NCBI GenBank assembly: GCA_965223665.1
Contig: OZ245011.1
Location: forward strand, 3,392,001-3,456,000
Length of the DNA stretch: 64,000 nucleotides
Direction: 5' to 3'
Source: Nitrospinaceae bacterium
GTDB taxonomy: Bacteria; Nitrospinota; Nitrospinia; Nitrospinales; Nitrospinaceae
Below the pieces are notes generated by a model. It made no database searches. It was not told the DNA's origin and worked only from the letters and a program-made list of their open reading frames with translations. The position numbers and the translations under genes are program-made. Shown here in pieces: positions 1-10,709 of the stretch; position 1 is the stretch's first letter, and every line of letters begins with the position of its first letter.

Positions 1-188
1 GTTTCCTTTATATTTATGTGAATAAGGCTCCAGGAAAACCTTTAGATCCATTAACACTTGAATTCTTAAAAATGGTTCTTTCTAAAGAAGGTCAAGAAGT
101 TGTTGTTAAAGGAGGATATTATCCATTGCCTAATGCTGCAACTCAAGAAGATATAAGTGCACTTACCGGCTCTTCTTTAACAAATTAA
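1..188 (+). CDS. pstS: Phosphate ABC transporter substrate-binding protein, C-terminal fragment (truncated by window edge)
   Basis: Manual translation from position 3 gives [43 protein letters not shown]...TN*, stop TAA at 186-188. Typical PstS C-terminus, directly upstream of pstC. Confidence 0.9.
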   Translation, partial: FLYIYVNKAPGKPLDPLTLEFLKMVLSKEGQEVVVKGGYYPLPNAATQEDISALTGSSLTN

Positions 189-189
189 G

Positions 190-2454
190 ATGAGCAAGAG
201 CCTATCAGGAAATACTGAATCATTATCGCAATTTGAGGGAAAAGGAATTTCCCAGATTTTGCGATGGCGTCTATCAAAAGACCGTATGGCGACCCGTGTA
301 GTGGTTGTCAGCGGTCTTTCAATTATTTTTGTGATTCTTGCGATCTTTTTTGTTATAGCCGCTGAAGTATTTCCTTTATTTAAAGCTCCGAAGCTAACTC
401 CACTCACGGATATGGACTTACAAATTTCCTCTTCCCCTTTAGCATTCGGTGTAGATGAATATCAAGAAGTTGTTTACGTTGTAACAAAATCAGAAGTAAA
501 ATTTTTTTCTATAAAAAAAAATCAAAGCTATAGCCCGGTGTCATTGCCGGGTTTAGGGGATTCTAAAATTGTTGCTGCTTCTTCTCCTTTCTATAACTCT
601 ATTGTTCTTAGTTTGTCTGATGGTAGAGTCCTTCCCGTTCAAATTGATTTTCGCGTTAGTTACGCAAATGACCAACGTGAAGTAATTGGAAGTTTTAAAT
701 CGAATTCTCCCCTAAATTTAAGTTCAAGTGAAAAGCCAATTACGCTTTTATCTCATATAAAAAATGAGGATGGATTTTGGATTGCAGGGGTTACTGGAAA
801 TCATAATCTTTCAGTAGTTGAAATTACGCAAAAGAAAACTTTGATGGGAACCATCAAACAAAAAGAGAGTCGAAGTGAATTTGTAATTCCCAACAAGGGA
901 AAAATTACAGCGCTCGCTATGGGTCAGAACCCTGACCGTGTATATATTGGAACCGAATCCGGTCAAATAATTGCAGTCAATCTCAACCCTCGTGAAGGAG
1001 TCGATGAAATTGAAACACTTGGAGCAGTTTCTGACAGTACCAGTGGGGTTGCGGGATTTGGGTTTTTAAAGGGAGGAATGACCCTGGTTGCAATGGATAA
1101 TTCTGGTGGATTATCGAGCTTTCATTTTCAAAGAGGTGAAGATAATAGATATCGAATGGAAAGAGTGTATCAGTTTGAACCTCATTCCGCTTCACCCACA
1201 ATTTTTGCTGCCTCTCAAAGGAATAAAGGTTTTATCACTGGAGACGCAACGGGGACAATAAAATATCATTACGGAACATCCGGAGAAACGCAATATGCAA
1301 TTGAAATAGGGGATGATCTGTCTCTTCAGAAAGCTTTATTGGCTCCTAAAGATAACGGAATATTGGCAATTAATGAAAAGGGGCAACTTAAAAGATGGAT
1401 GGTAGAAAATCATCACCCTGACATCACTTTGAATACTCTTTTCAATGAAGTGAAGTATGAAGGATATCCTGAGCCCGATTATGTTTGGCAATCCACCGGG
1501 GGTACAGATGATTTTGAATCAAAAATTAGTTTAACCCCGCTTATCTTTGGAACTTTAAAAGGAACATTCTATGCCATGTTAGTTGCGATTCCGATTGCAT
1601 TGTTTGGTGCTTTTTATGCTTCGCAATTTATGAATCCGTCTCTAATGGGTGTGGTGAAACCAACCGTGGAATTTATGGCAGCCATTCCCAGTGTGGTTTT
1701 AGGATTTTTTGGGGCATTGTGGCTTTCTCCAAGGGTTGAGACTTTATTGCCTTCCATAATAATTTTTCCTTTTGTTACAGCAGGCTTAGTTTATTTGTAC
1801 CAATGGGCCGGAGATCGATTCACCTGGCGCTCATCTTCGGAAAAAAATTCCATAAAAGATTTTTGGATTTTGATTTTTATAGTTTTGATTGGAAGTCTAA
1901 TTGCTTATATGGCAGGACCAATTTTTGAATCTAATTTTTTTGATGGAAATTATAAAACCTGGTTGCGGGAAACCTTGGGTTTGGGCTTCGACCAAAGGAA
2001 TTCTTTGATCGTCGGATTAGCGATGGGTTTTGCGGTGATTCCAATTATTTTTACCATTGCGGAAGATTCTTTATCTAACGTTCCCAGACATCTCACTGCT
2101 GCTTCTTTAGCCGTAGGGGCAACTCCTTGGCAAACGGCTATGCAAGTTGTGTTGCCAGCAGCAATTCCGGGAATTTTTTCTGCAGTGATGATTGGTTTGG
2201 GTCGGGCAGTTGGGGAAACAATGATTGTGTTAATGGCGACTGGAAATACTCCTATTTTGGATTGGAATATTTTTAACGGATTTCGGGCCATGTCAGCAAA
2301 CATTGCTGTGGAACTACCCGAAGCCCCTGAAGGGGAAACTTTGTTTCGGGTATTATTTTTGACCGCATTAATTTTATATTTCATCACTTTTATTTTTAAT
2401 TCCTTGGCCGAATGGGTTCGATTGCGACTTAGAAAGAAATATCAATTGTTATGA
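190..2454 (+). CDS. pstC: Phosphate ABC transporter permease PstC, long form with large beta-rich periplasmic domain
   Basis: C-terminal WQSTGGTDDFESK, LIFGTLKGT and GLGRAVGETMIVLMATGN motifs; position in pst operon. Confidence 0.92.
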   Translation: MSKSLSGNTESLSQFEGKGISQILRWRLSKDRMATRVVVVSGLSIIFVILAIFFVIAAEVFPLFKAPKLTPLTDMDLQISSSPLAFGVDEYQEVVYVVTKSEVKFFSIKKNQSYSPVSLPGLGDSKIVAASSPFYNSIVLSLSDGRVLPVQIDFRVSYANDQREVIGSFKSNSPLNLSSSEKPITLLSHIKNEDGFWIAGVTGNHNLSVVEITQKKTLMGTIKQKESRSEFVIPNKGKITALAMGQNPDRVYIGTESGQIIAVNLNPREGVDEIETLGAVSDSTSGVAGFGFLKGGMTLVAMDNSGGLSSFHFQRGEDNRYRMERVYQFEPHSASPTIFAASQRNKGFITGDATGTIKYHYGTSGETQYAIEIGDDLSLQKALLAPKDNGILAINEKGQLKRWMVENHHPDITLNTLFNEVKYEGYPEPDYVWQSTGGTDDFESKISLTPLIFGTLKGTFYAMLVAIPIALFGAFYASQFMNPSLMGVVKPTVEFMAAIPSVVLGFFGALWLSPRVETLLPSIIIFPFVTAGLVYLYQWAGDRFTWRSSSEKNSIKDFWILIFIVLIGSLIAYMAGPIFESNFFDGNYKTWLRETLGLGFDQRNSLIVGLAMGFAVIPIIFTIAEDSLSNVPRHLTAASLAVGATPWQTAMQVVLPAAIPGIFSAVMIGLGRAVGETMIVLMATGNTPILDWNIFNGFRAMSANIAVELPEAPEGETLFRVLFLTALILYFITFIFNSLAEWVRLRLRKKYQLL

Positions 2455-4070
2455 ATAAATTTTGGACACGCGGTGAATTTTTAATTTTGTTCACAGGGTC
2501 AGTATTGGCTTTGTCAATGGTCCTTTTGTGTGGTTTGATCATAGTGTTATTTGCGAACGGATTGAGCCATTTTGTTCCAAGTGATATTGCTTTATTTAAA
2601 TTAAATGATGGAAAAGTCGTGATGGGGGAATTGACGGATCGAGAAAAAGTATTTAATTCCACCGGGGACGAATCTAAAGAAAATTTATATCGAATACAAA
2701 TTAAAAGAGCGAATCGAGATGTTTATGGTCAGGATTTTACCTGGATTGATGAATCTCAGGTGAAAGAAAAATCATTTCCTGATGATGTAACTGTTTTTGA
2801 AAGGACTGAATGGGGAAACTTTTTTGGATGGGCGAAAGAAATTTGGGACGGGAATAAGCTTTTGTCGAAGGAACCCACTAAAGTGTTAAGCCTTATAGAA
2901 GAGAAATTACCGGAAGTGAAATCGGTTGTTGATCAAATCCATCATATTCAAAAAAACGAAATTGGAAGAGTGAACTATTATTTAGAAAAAAGCCGCCTTA
3001 AAATTAAAAAACTTTCTCTTAAGGGAATTAATACGGGTGATGATATTGATGAATTGAATAAGGAAATTAAAGATTGGAGCAGACAATATCAGGCCTATGA
3101 AAAAGAGTTATTGAAATTACGTACCTCATTAACCGAGCGTGCGGTGGTGGAAACTGTTGAAGGACAAAAGATAAGTTTACCTTTAAGTTCGATACTAAAA
3201 GTATATCAGCCGAATACCTATGGTATTTTTTCTAAGATAAGTTTTGGTTTTGAAAAAGCCTGGAATTTTATATCTATGGATCCCCGAGAATCCAATACTG
3301 AGGGAGGTGTATTCCCCGCATTATTTGGAACGGTGTTTATGGTTTTGATCATGAGCATGGTGGTCACTCCATTTGGTGTGCTTGCAGCTATTTTCTTAAG
3401 AGAATATGCGAAACAAGGGACCATGATTAGTATGGTACGGATTGCAGTAAATAATTTAGCCGGCGTTCCTTCGATTGTTTTCGGTGTTTTTGGAGTTGGT
3501 TTTTTTATTTACTTTGTCGGTGGAACAATCGACCAAGTATTTTTTCCTGAAGCTTTGCCCACTCCAACATATGGAACGGGTGGGATTCTTTGGGCTTCTT
3601 TGACCTTAGCTTTATTGACGGTTCCTGTAGTTATTGTAACAACAGAGGAGGGGCTTTCTGCCGTTTCCCAAGGAATTCGAGAGGCAAGTTTAGCAGTAGG
3701 TTCTACAAAATTTGAAACTTTGAAAAATGTAGTGCTGCCGGCCGTAATGCCTTCGGTTTTGACTGGGCTAATTTTGGCGATGGCACGTGCGGCAGGGGAA
3801 GTGGCTCCATTAATGATAACTGGAGTTGTAAAAATGGCACCTTCGCTACCGATGGATTCCTTTTTTCCTTTCATTCATTTAGACCGAAAGTTTATGCATT
3901 TAGGATTTCATATTTTTGATGTTGGTTTTCAGTCACCTAATATAGATGCAGCAAAACCTATGGTATATACGACTACATTATTACTCTTGGGTCTTATACT
4001 AATACTAAACAGTTTAGCCATTGCTCTTAGGACTCGTCTGAGAAGAAAGTTGCGGGTTTCCAATATTTAA
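2451..4070 (+). CDS. pstA: Phosphate ABC transporter permease PstA, long form with coiled-coil periplasmic insert
   Basis: [29 protein letters not shown] and [10 protein letters not shown] motifs; ATGA overlap with pstC. Confidence 0.92.
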   Translation: MNKFWTRGEFLILFTGSVLALSMVLLCGLIIVLFANGLSHFVPSDIALFKLNDGKVVMGELTDREKVFNSTGDESKENLYRIQIKRANRDVYGQDFTWIDESQVKEKSFPDDVTVFERTEWGNFFGWAKEIWDGNKLLSKEPTKVLSLIEEKLPEVKSVVDQIHHIQKNEIGRVNYYLEKSRLKIKKLSLKGINTGDDIDELNKEIKDWSRQYQAYEKELLKLRTSLTERAVVETVEGQKISLPLSSILKVYQPNTYGIFSKISFGFEKAWNFISMDPRESNTEGGVFPALFGTVFMVLIMSMVVTPFGVLAAIFLREYAKQGTMISMVRIAVNNLAGVPSIVFGVFGVGFFIYFVGGTIDQVFFPEALPTPTYGTGGILWASLTLALLTVPVVIVTTEEGLSAVSQGIREASLAVGSTKFETLKNVVLPAVMPSVLTGLILAMARAAGEVAPLMITGVVKMAPSLPMDSFFPFIHLDRKFMHLGFHIFDVGFQSPNIDAAKPMVYTTTLLLLGLILILNSLAIALRTRLRRKLRVSNI

Positions 4071-4084
4071 TAGAGGGATATATA

Positions 4085-4957
4085 ATGGACTTAGCCAAAA
4101 AAAAACAGATTCCGTTACCTAATTTTGTTGAATTGGACGGTCCGGAAACAAAAGAAGCGGATTTTAATACGAGAAATTTTCCAATGTATCAACCAGAAGA
4201 AATGAATATTATCGTAAATATAAAGAACTTGGATTTGTTTTACGATACCAAGCAAGCCTTATACAAAGTGAATATGGACATTCCAAGTAAAAAAATAACG
4301 GCTTTTATTGGTCCATCAGGATGTGGAAAGTCAACTTTGTTGCGTTGTGTGAATCGTATGAATGATTTAGTTGATTCTGCAAGTTTAAGTGGACAAGTCC
4401 TAATTAACGGAAAAGATATATATGAGCCAAATTTAGAGGTGAGTGAATTGAGAAGGCGGGTTGGAATGGTTTTTCAAAAGTCGAACCCTTTTCCTAAATC
4501 TATCTATGATAATATTGCTTATGGTCCCCGAATTCATGGGATAAAAAACAAAAATGAATTAGACGAAATAGTTGAAAGAAGTCTTAAAGGCGCTGCTCTT
4601 TGGGATGAGGTTAAAGATCGTTTAAAAGATAATGCTTTAGGTTTGTCAGGAGGTCAGCAACAAAGGCTTTGCATAGCCAGGGCAATTGCAGTAGAACCGG
4701 AAATTCTTTTAATGGACGAACCTTGTTCGGCTTTGGATCCCTTGGCAACGGCTAAAATTGAGGAATTAATGGTTAATTTAAAAGAAGATTTCACTATTGT
4801 GTTGGTGACCCATAATATGCAGCAGGCTGCCCGGGTTTCTGATTATACCGGATTTATGTTGATGGGAAAGCTAATTGAGTTTGGGAAAACGGATGAGATT
4901 TTCACTAAACCGGAGAAAAAAGAAACTGAAGATTATATTACTGGACGATTTGGCTAA
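4085..4957 (+). CDS. pstB: Phosphate ABC transporter ATP-binding protein
   Basis: Walker [33 protein letters not shown] and C-terminal YITGRFG. Confidence 0.97.
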   Translation: MDLAKKKQIPLPNFVELDGPETKEADFNTRNFPMYQPEEMNIIVNIKNLDLFYDTKQALYKVNMDIPSKKITAFIGPSGCGKSTLLRCVNRMNDLVDSASLSGQVLINGKDIYEPNLEVSELRRRVGMVFQKSNPFPKSIYDNIAYGPRIHGIKNKNELDEIVERSLKGAALWDEVKDRLKDNALGLSGGQQQRLCIARAIAVEPEILLMDEPCSALDPLATAKIEELMVNLKEDFTIVLVTHNMQQAARVSDYTGFMLMGKLIEFGKTDEIFTKPEKKETEDYITGRFG

Positions 4958-4970
4958 AAGAGAGTGAATC

Positions 4971-5702
4971 ATGGCTAGACATACAAAACATTTTGAACGT
5001 TCCATGGAAAAATTAAAAAAATTGATCCATTCCCTGGGTGCTCAGGTTGAGGAATCTGTTGAAAGAAGTATCCGATCTCTCACCCAAAGGGACGTACGAC
5101 TGGGTAAACAGGTAATAAACGGTGATGATAAAATTGACCAAAGCGAAGTAGAACTTGAAGAAGAATGTTTGAAAGTAATGGCGCTTTATCAGCCGGTTGC
5201 AAATGACTTACGTTGGGTGGTTTCTATTTTAAAAATTAATAATGACCTGGAGCGAATTGGGGATTTAGCGGTCAATATTGCCGAGCGCGCTATTCACTTG
5301 GCCAAACAAGAAGAAATCCCTATTACCCTGGAGTTTACAGAAATGAGTCAGACTGTTTTAGATATGCTTCGTTACAGTCTTGATGCATTGATCAATTTAG
5401 ATGATGATTGGGCTCGTAAAGTTTGTGTTATGGATGACCGTGTGGATGAACTCAATCGAAAAATGTATGATCATTTCGAATCCTGGTTGAGAGAAAATCC
5501 TTTAGCTGTCAATAACCATATAAATTTATTATCGGCTTCGCGTTACTTGGAACGCATTGCAGATCATGCTACAAATATATGCGAAGATATCATATATATG
5601 GTGAGTGGAAAAATTGTACGGCATCGCAAAGAAGCTATGTACTATCCTGAAAACGGTAACAACGGTGAAAATAAAAAAACCAAGAAAATAAAGGAAAGCT
5701 AA
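4971..5702 (+). CDS. phoU: Phosphate signalling regulator PhoU
   Basis: QPVANDLR, DLERIGD and LERIADHATNI repeats; last gene of pst operon. Confidence 0.96.
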   Translation: MARHTKHFERSMEKLKKLIHSLGAQVEESVERSIRSLTQRDVRLGKQVINGDDKIDQSEVELEEECLKVMALYQPVANDLRWVVSILKINNDLERIGDLAVNIAERAIHLAKQEEIPITLEFTEMSQTVLDMLRYSLDALINLDDDWARKVCVMDDRVDELNRKMYDHFESWLRENPLAVNNHINLLSASRYLERIADHATNICEDIIYMVSGKIVRHRKEAMYYPENGNNGENKKTKKIKES

Positions 5703-6307
5703 CGGACGTTTCTCACTGCACGAACCCCACCATTTGTACAACTGCTTAGACGGCGAACATTGGAAAATCCTTTAACAAAATAATAAGAATAAGCACAACA
5801 ATCGGTAAGATCCGTTTCTGCCCTTTCTCCTGTCCAATACCAGTAGGCTGACCCTTTTGCAAATAGTTTTGACAGATGTAAAGGATTGTCAGGGTCCTGA
5901 TCCCAGGCTAATACATTTTCAATCGTGTCATCATAAATGCCGTATAGTTCTAAAACTGTTGGCATTCTCCAATCTGTATACCCTCCAGTTTTTAAATCTT
6001 TTACATACTTCTCTGATTGATGCCAATTTAAGCATATACCTAATTCCGCATAGCTGTCCTTTTGTGTCCACATGAGTCCGTGGTTATCTGTGATCGTGCC
6101 ATCATGGTTGTTAGTTAAAATTACCCTTGGAGGGGGTGGAGGTGGGGGAACATACTGGGGGGCTTCAAAGGGGGTTCGAGATTTATAAGGTGTAAAGTCA
6201 TTAGCTAAAGATAAAGAAATAAAAATTAACTGAATAAATGCAAAATAAATAGCCAGAAAAAAAGATTTATGAAGCTTTACTTTTGATGATTTAAATAAAA
6301 AAATCAT
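5699..6307 (-). CDS. Secreted DUF1566 (Lcl-type) domain protein with polyproline linker
   Basis: Hydrophobic N-terminus, PPPPPPP, DGTITD..GLMW, GGYTDWRMPT..EL, YWYW and VRAVR motifs. Confidence 0.75.
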   Translation of the reverse strand: MIFLFKSSKVKLHKSFFLAIYFAFIQLIFISLSLANDFTPYKSRTPFEAPQYVPPPPPPPRVILTNNHDGTITDNHGLMWTQKDSYAELGICLNWHQSEKYVKDLKTGGYTDWRMPTVLELYGIYDDTIENVLAWDQDPDNPLHLSKLFAKGSAYWYWTGERAETDLTDCCAYSYYFVKGFSNVRRLSSCTNGGVRAVRNVR

Positions 6308-6394
6308 TTCTACCTTTATCTATTTATTTGGTGCATTGTATACTTTCAAAATTGGAAAGACAACTCTACCCAGTATATTCAGAATAATTTATTA

Positions 6395-6709
6395 ATGTCT
6401 AAAATCTTTGTTTGTAAAACTAAAGAGTTATCCCTTGACGGTGGAATAACTATTGATATGGAAGATAGAACCATTGCTTTATTCAGTTTAGATGGCAAGA
6501 TATATGCGATTGATGATTTTTGCCGACACCGTGGTGGGCATTTAGGAGAAGGAACGTTGCGGGAAGAAATTGTTGCATGCCCATTACATGGATGGCGTTA
6601 TAATATCACTAATGGCGAATGTCTTTCTCATCCCAAAGGAGATGTTCAAAGTTATCCAGTAATAGTAGAAAACGAAAATGTGTACTTGTTATTAAAAGAA
6701 ATTATCTAA
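6395..6709 (+). CDS. Rieske 2Fe-2S ferredoxin (NirD/dioxygenase ferredoxin-like)
   Basis: CRH...CPLHGW Rieske ligands; 104 aa. Confidence 0.9.
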   Translation: MSKIFVCKTKELSLDGGITIDMEDRTIALFSLDGKIYAIDDFCRHRGGHLGEGTLREEIVACPLHGWRYNITNGECLSHPKGDVQSYPVIVENENVYLLLKEII

Positions 6710-6720
6710 AATTTAAACGG

Positions 6721-9300
6721 TTAGATATCAACTTTTCTAAGAGTATAGATTGGTTTATTTTTAAGAACATCCCAGCTGCTAAGAATCCCAGTAAGAGTAG
6801 TTAAAATTACGGCGGCCAAAAATGCCCAACCCAGGGGAGTAAACCGGAAGTGCCATTCCGATTTAACAACGTATTCCATAATTCCCCAGGACAATCCTAA
6901 AGATAAAAATACTCCAATTCCGGCTGCAATAATTCCCAAAACCGCATATTCATAACCTAGAATAGAAGCTACTGCTTGTCGTTTAGCTCCCAAGGTTTTT
7001 AATATTGCTGATTCTTTTAATCGCCGAAACTTTGTTGAGGCGATCGCACCTGACAAAATAAATAAACCTGAAAAAATAGCAAAACCAGACATGAAATCTA
7101 CCAGGGTTAAGAGTTTATTGACTACCGATTCAACAGTCTCAACGATATCTCGTGTTCCTAATGCAGTAATGTTTGGCAAGGCTTGAACAACCGCTTGTTG
7201 TAATGGAAGTTCTTTATCTTTATCAACATTGACTGTGCTTACAAAGGTAACCGGTGCTCCCTCTAATGCACCCGGAGAAAAAATCATATAAAAATTAGTT
7301 CGCATATTTCGCCAATTTACTTTTCGAATGCTGGTAACGGTAGCAGATACTTTTATACCCTGAATATCCATAATAAGTTTAGAACCTATTCCAGCACCTA
7401 ATCTTTTGGCCCCATCTTCTTCAAGTGAAACTAATGACTGTGAAGCCTCCTCTTGGGACCACCACTTTCCTTTAACCAAAGTATTGTCTCGGTCGGGTGG
7501 GTCCGTCATATAAGTTGTCACAAATTCACGTGTGATAAACCATTCTTCTTCATGGCGTTTATTGTATTTCCAAGAATCTGCCAGACGTCCATCTATACTG
7601 TGAAATCGTGAACGAACTAGTGGGGTTAAAGTTTTTTCTGCACTGGGAGCAATTGAATCGACTACTTTCTCAAAAGTTTGTGTTTGGTCTCTTTGAATAT
7701 CAATAAAAAAGAAATTAGGGGGTCGGGCCTCTGTATTCCCATTCAACATGGAAACCATATCCATTTGTACAAGCCGAATTGTAAGCACTAACATGATTCC
7801 TATTCCCAACGCAGTTATAATTGAAGCCGCTTGGTTATTAGGTCGATATATATTAGCTAACCCGTAACGACGAGTCATGCGTTTTGAAGGAGGTAGCTTT
7901 CGAATCAATTTCAAAATTATTAAAGAAATTCCGCTAAGTAGAAAAGCGGAAATTATTAAGGCTAATAAAAAAACCAAACCCCGTTTAATTGATTCAGCTT
8001 GCCAAAAAATCATTCCTGCTAAACCGATGGAAAAGATGATTCCCATTAACCACCTTTGTCGACGGGAACCTTTAGAAAGTTCCTCTTCTTCTGCAATGTG
8101 ACGAAACAAGCGAAGAGGTCTTGTTCGAACTGCACGGATAAGCGGCCAAAGTGTAAATAGTAAAGTGGTGATGACTCCCAGGAGTAGCGATTGTATTGCA
8201 GGTTCCCACATGAACTCGGGTTCAACTTTTAAGGTTAACAAACCACTGAGTTTTGCGGGTAAAAAATGCTGTAGCGCATAACCAATACTAACTCCTAAAA
8301 CGCTTCCAGTTAGACCCAATAAAAGCGATTGTATTAGATATATTTTAAAAATTGTTTTGGAAGTTGCCCCAAGGCAATTGAGAATAGCGATTGTATCTAA
8401 TTTTTGTGCCATGAAAGTTTTTATGATCATGGCAATACCGATTCCACCCATTAATAAAGCTATAACCCCTACAGAACCTAAATATTTGCCTATCCGATCG
8501 ATTGAGTTAGTTAGCGAGGATTCTTTATCTTTATAAGTCCGCATAGAAGTCCCTTTGTCATTTAATCCCTTTTGTAATAAGGAAGCGGCTTTTTCAACAT
8601 CAAGATTCTTTGGGAGATGAATAAAGGTTTTATGTTTTACCCGACTTCCGGGTGCTATTAATTTTGCTTTGTCAAGTGTCCCTTGAGAAATCATGACGCG
8701 TGGGCCAATACTGAAGGCTCGTGAAATTCTGTCGGGTTCAGCTTCAATGATTCCGGTTATTTTTACCTGGGTGGCTCCTAATTGAAATGTGCTCCCCAGT
8801 TTTAAGTTAGTTTTGATTAGAAAGTTTAGTTCTACAAGGGCACTATTTCCTGCGATTAACTGGGATAAGGGAAGAGAAGGACGAGTTTTTAATTCTCCGT
8901 AAAAGGGATATAACGGTGGTTCTAGCGGTACAGATTTGATCTCGGTTAAAATGTTAGCAATTTTATTTTTTGTGGAAGAGGGAAATCGAGCCATTGCATT
9001 CAATTCTTTGATAAATGCAAAATCTGTTTGGGGAGGAAGGATTTTCTTTTGAAAACTTTTATCTTCAGGACTTTGTTCCCAACTACTTGATATAACTATA
9101 TCTGCGGCGAGAAGCCCTTTGGATTCTTTCTGAATGGCTTGTTCCAAAATTTTTGAAAAACTTTGGATGGTCATCACTGCTCCCACTCCTATAGCAAGGC
9201 AGATGATAAAGAACATAAACCGTCTTCCCGCGCCCCGGCATTCGTTCCAGGCCAAGGCAAAAATTTTTTTTATAGAAAGCCGACGATTAGAAGTAATCAT
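6721..9300 (-). CDS. ybbP: ABC transporter permease, YbbP/FtsX-like
   Basis: 859 aa two-repeat FtsX/MacB-type permease; PNFFFIDIQ and NFYMIFSPGAL motifs; ybbA-tesA synteny. Confidence 0.8.
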   Translation of the reverse strand: MITSNRRLSIKKIFALAWNECRGAGRRFMFFIICLAIGVGAVMTIQSFSKILEQAIQKESKGLLAADIVISSSWEQSPEDKSFQKKILPPQTDFAFIKELNAMARFPSSTKNKIANILTEIKSVPLEPPLYPFYGELKTRPSLPLSQLIAGNSALVELNFLIKTNLKLGSTFQLGATQVKITGIIEAEPDRISRAFSIGPRVMISQGTLDKAKLIAPGSRVKHKTFIHLPKNLDVEKAASLLQKGLNDKGTSMRTYKDKESSLTNSIDRIGKYLGSVGVIALLMGGIGIAMIIKTFMAQKLDTIAILNCLGATSKTIFKIYLIQSLLLGLTGSVLGVSIGYALQHFLPAKLSGLLTLKVEPEFMWEPAIQSLLLGVITTLLFTLWPLIRAVRTRPLRLFRHIAEEEELSKGSRRQRWLMGIIFSIGLAGMIFWQAESIKRGLVFLLALIISAFLLSGISLIILKLIRKLPPSKRMTRRYGLANIYRPNNQAASIITALGIGIMLVLTIRLVQMDMVSMLNGNTEARPPNFFFIDIQRDQTQTFEKVVDSIAPSAEKTLTPLVRSRFHSIDGRLADSWKYNKRHEEEWFITREFVTTYMTDPPDRDNTLVKGKWWSQEEASQSLVSLEEDGAKRLGAGIGSKLIMDIQGIKVSATVTSIRKVNWRNMRTNFYMIFSPGALEGAPVTFVSTVNVDKDKELPLQQAVVQALPNITALGTRDIVETVESVVNKLLTLVDFMSGFAIFSGLFILSGAIASTKFRRLKESAILKTLGAKRQAVASILGYEYAVLGIIAAGIGVFLSLGLSWGIMEYVVKSEWHFRFTPLGWAFLAAVILTTLTGILSSWDVLKNKPIYTLRKVDI

Positions 9301-9977
9301 GCCTTTGTGTTTAGTATGTCGTTAATAATTTTCCCGTCTTCCATTGTTAGTATCCGTTGGGTTTTTTCGGCAATATGACGTTCATGGGTTACTAGAAGAA
9401 TGGTGGCTTGTTTGACTCTATGTAATTCTGATATAAGTTCTAAAATACGGTCGCTATTTTTGCTGTCTAAATTTCCCGTGGGTTCATCCGCCAGCACTAT
9501 ATCCGGTTCATTTATAAAAGCGCGAGCTAAAGATAACCGTTGTTGTTCCCCGCCTGATAGTTGAGAAGGATAATGATGATAACGTTCCCCTAAACCTACG
9601 GTTCCTAAAAGGTCTTGGGATTTTTTGTAAGCACTACTGGTACCATTTAATTCTGCAGAAAGAATCACATTTTCTAAAGCGGTTAAAGTGGGAATTAGAT
9701 GAAAATTTTGAAAAACAAAACCAAATCTTTCTCCTCTCAGTTGAGCTAATTCATCCTCGTTAAATTTTGTGATATCCTCGCCATCCACCATAATTGAACC
9801 GGTGGAAGGTATATCCAGTCCCGCTAATAGGCTAAGTAATGTTGTCTTGCCACTTCCTGAGGGGCCAGTAATGGCAACGAATTGTCCCCTGGGCACCATT
9901 AGATTGATACCTTTTAATATATCAACCCGGTGGCCGCCCCCATGTAATGATTTTGTTAAGTCAATGGTTTGGATCAT
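9297..9977 (-). CDS. ybbA: ABC transporter ATP-binding protein, YbbA/LolD-like
   Basis: GPSGSGKTT, LSGGEQQR and ADEPTGNLD motifs; divergent from tesA. Confidence 0.85.
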   Translation of the reverse strand: MIQTIDLTKSLHGGGHRVDILKGINLMVPRGQFVAITGPSGSGKTTLLSLLAGLDIPSTGSIMVDGEDITKFNEDELAQLRGERFGFVFQNFHLIPTLTALENVILSAELNGTSSAYKKSQDLLGTVGLGERYHHYPSQLSGGEQQRLSLARAFINEPDIVLADEPTGNLDSKNSDRILELISELHRVKQATILLVTHERHIAEKTQRILTMEDGKIINDILNTKA

Positions 9978-10057
9978 TTGATAAACTATATTTGTTAAAA
10001 TGTTAAAAGCAATCCATCAACAATTATGTAAATACTCAAACATAATAGATAGGGCTT

Positions 10058-10696
10058 ATGAATTATTTTTACAAAGTCAGGCGGTTGATTCCAGTTGTTT
10101 TTTTATTAGTCCTTATTTGGGGTTTAACTATGCATGAGGGGGAGGCAAATTCCGAACCGGTAATTCTAGCTTTTGGGGATAGCCTTACCGCAGGGTATAT
10201 GGTGGCGGAGAGCGAGAGCTATCCTCAGAGATTGCAAAAACTTCTCAAAGAGAAGGGCTATTCGCATAAAGTTATCAATGCTGGCGTAACTGGGGATACC
10301 ACTGCTGGAGGTGTCCGACGGATCAATTGGTTACTCAAGCATAAACCGGAAATCGTAATTTTAGAACTTGGCGCTAATGATGGGCTTCGAGGTTTGTCTT
10401 TAGAGGAAATGCGTATAAACTTATCAAAGATTATTGAAGCTTGTTTAAATAATGGGGCAAAAGTACTTTTGGCGGGAATGAAAATTCCACACAATTATGG
10501 TCTCGAATATACCAATGAATTTGAAGAAAGCTTTTCTAAATTAGCTAAAAAATATAACTTGCCCTTTATTCCTTTCTTCTTAGAGGATGTTGCTGCTCAT
10601 CGTGAACTTACCCAGCCAGATGGTATCCACCCGGTAGGGAAAGGCTATAACCATGTTACCCAAACTGTGTGGAAGCACCTAAAACCAATGCTATAA
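10058..10696 (+). CDS. tesA: Arylesterase / acyl-CoA thioesterase I (SGNH/GDSL family)
   Basis: FGDSLTAG, NAGVTGDTT, ELGANDGLRG and DGIHP motifs. Confidence 0.9.
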   Translation: MNYFYKVRRLIPVVFLLVLIWGLTMHEGEANSEPVILAFGDSLTAGYMVAESESYPQRLQKLLKEKGYSHKVINAGVTGDTTAGGVRRINWLLKHKPEIVILELGANDGLRGLSLEEMRINLSKIIEACLNNGAKVLLAGMKIPHNYGLEYTNEFEESFSKLAKKYNLPFIPFFLEDVAAHRELTQPDGIHPVGKGYNHVTQTVWKHLKPML

Positions 10697-10709
10697 ATCA
10701 AAGTCAGTT

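Noticed and set aside
4097-4105. A9 run in pstB (similar run at 19632-19640 in fliJ) as a phase-variation site
   Set aside because: Lys-codon runs are expected in AT-rich DNA and the frames are intact.
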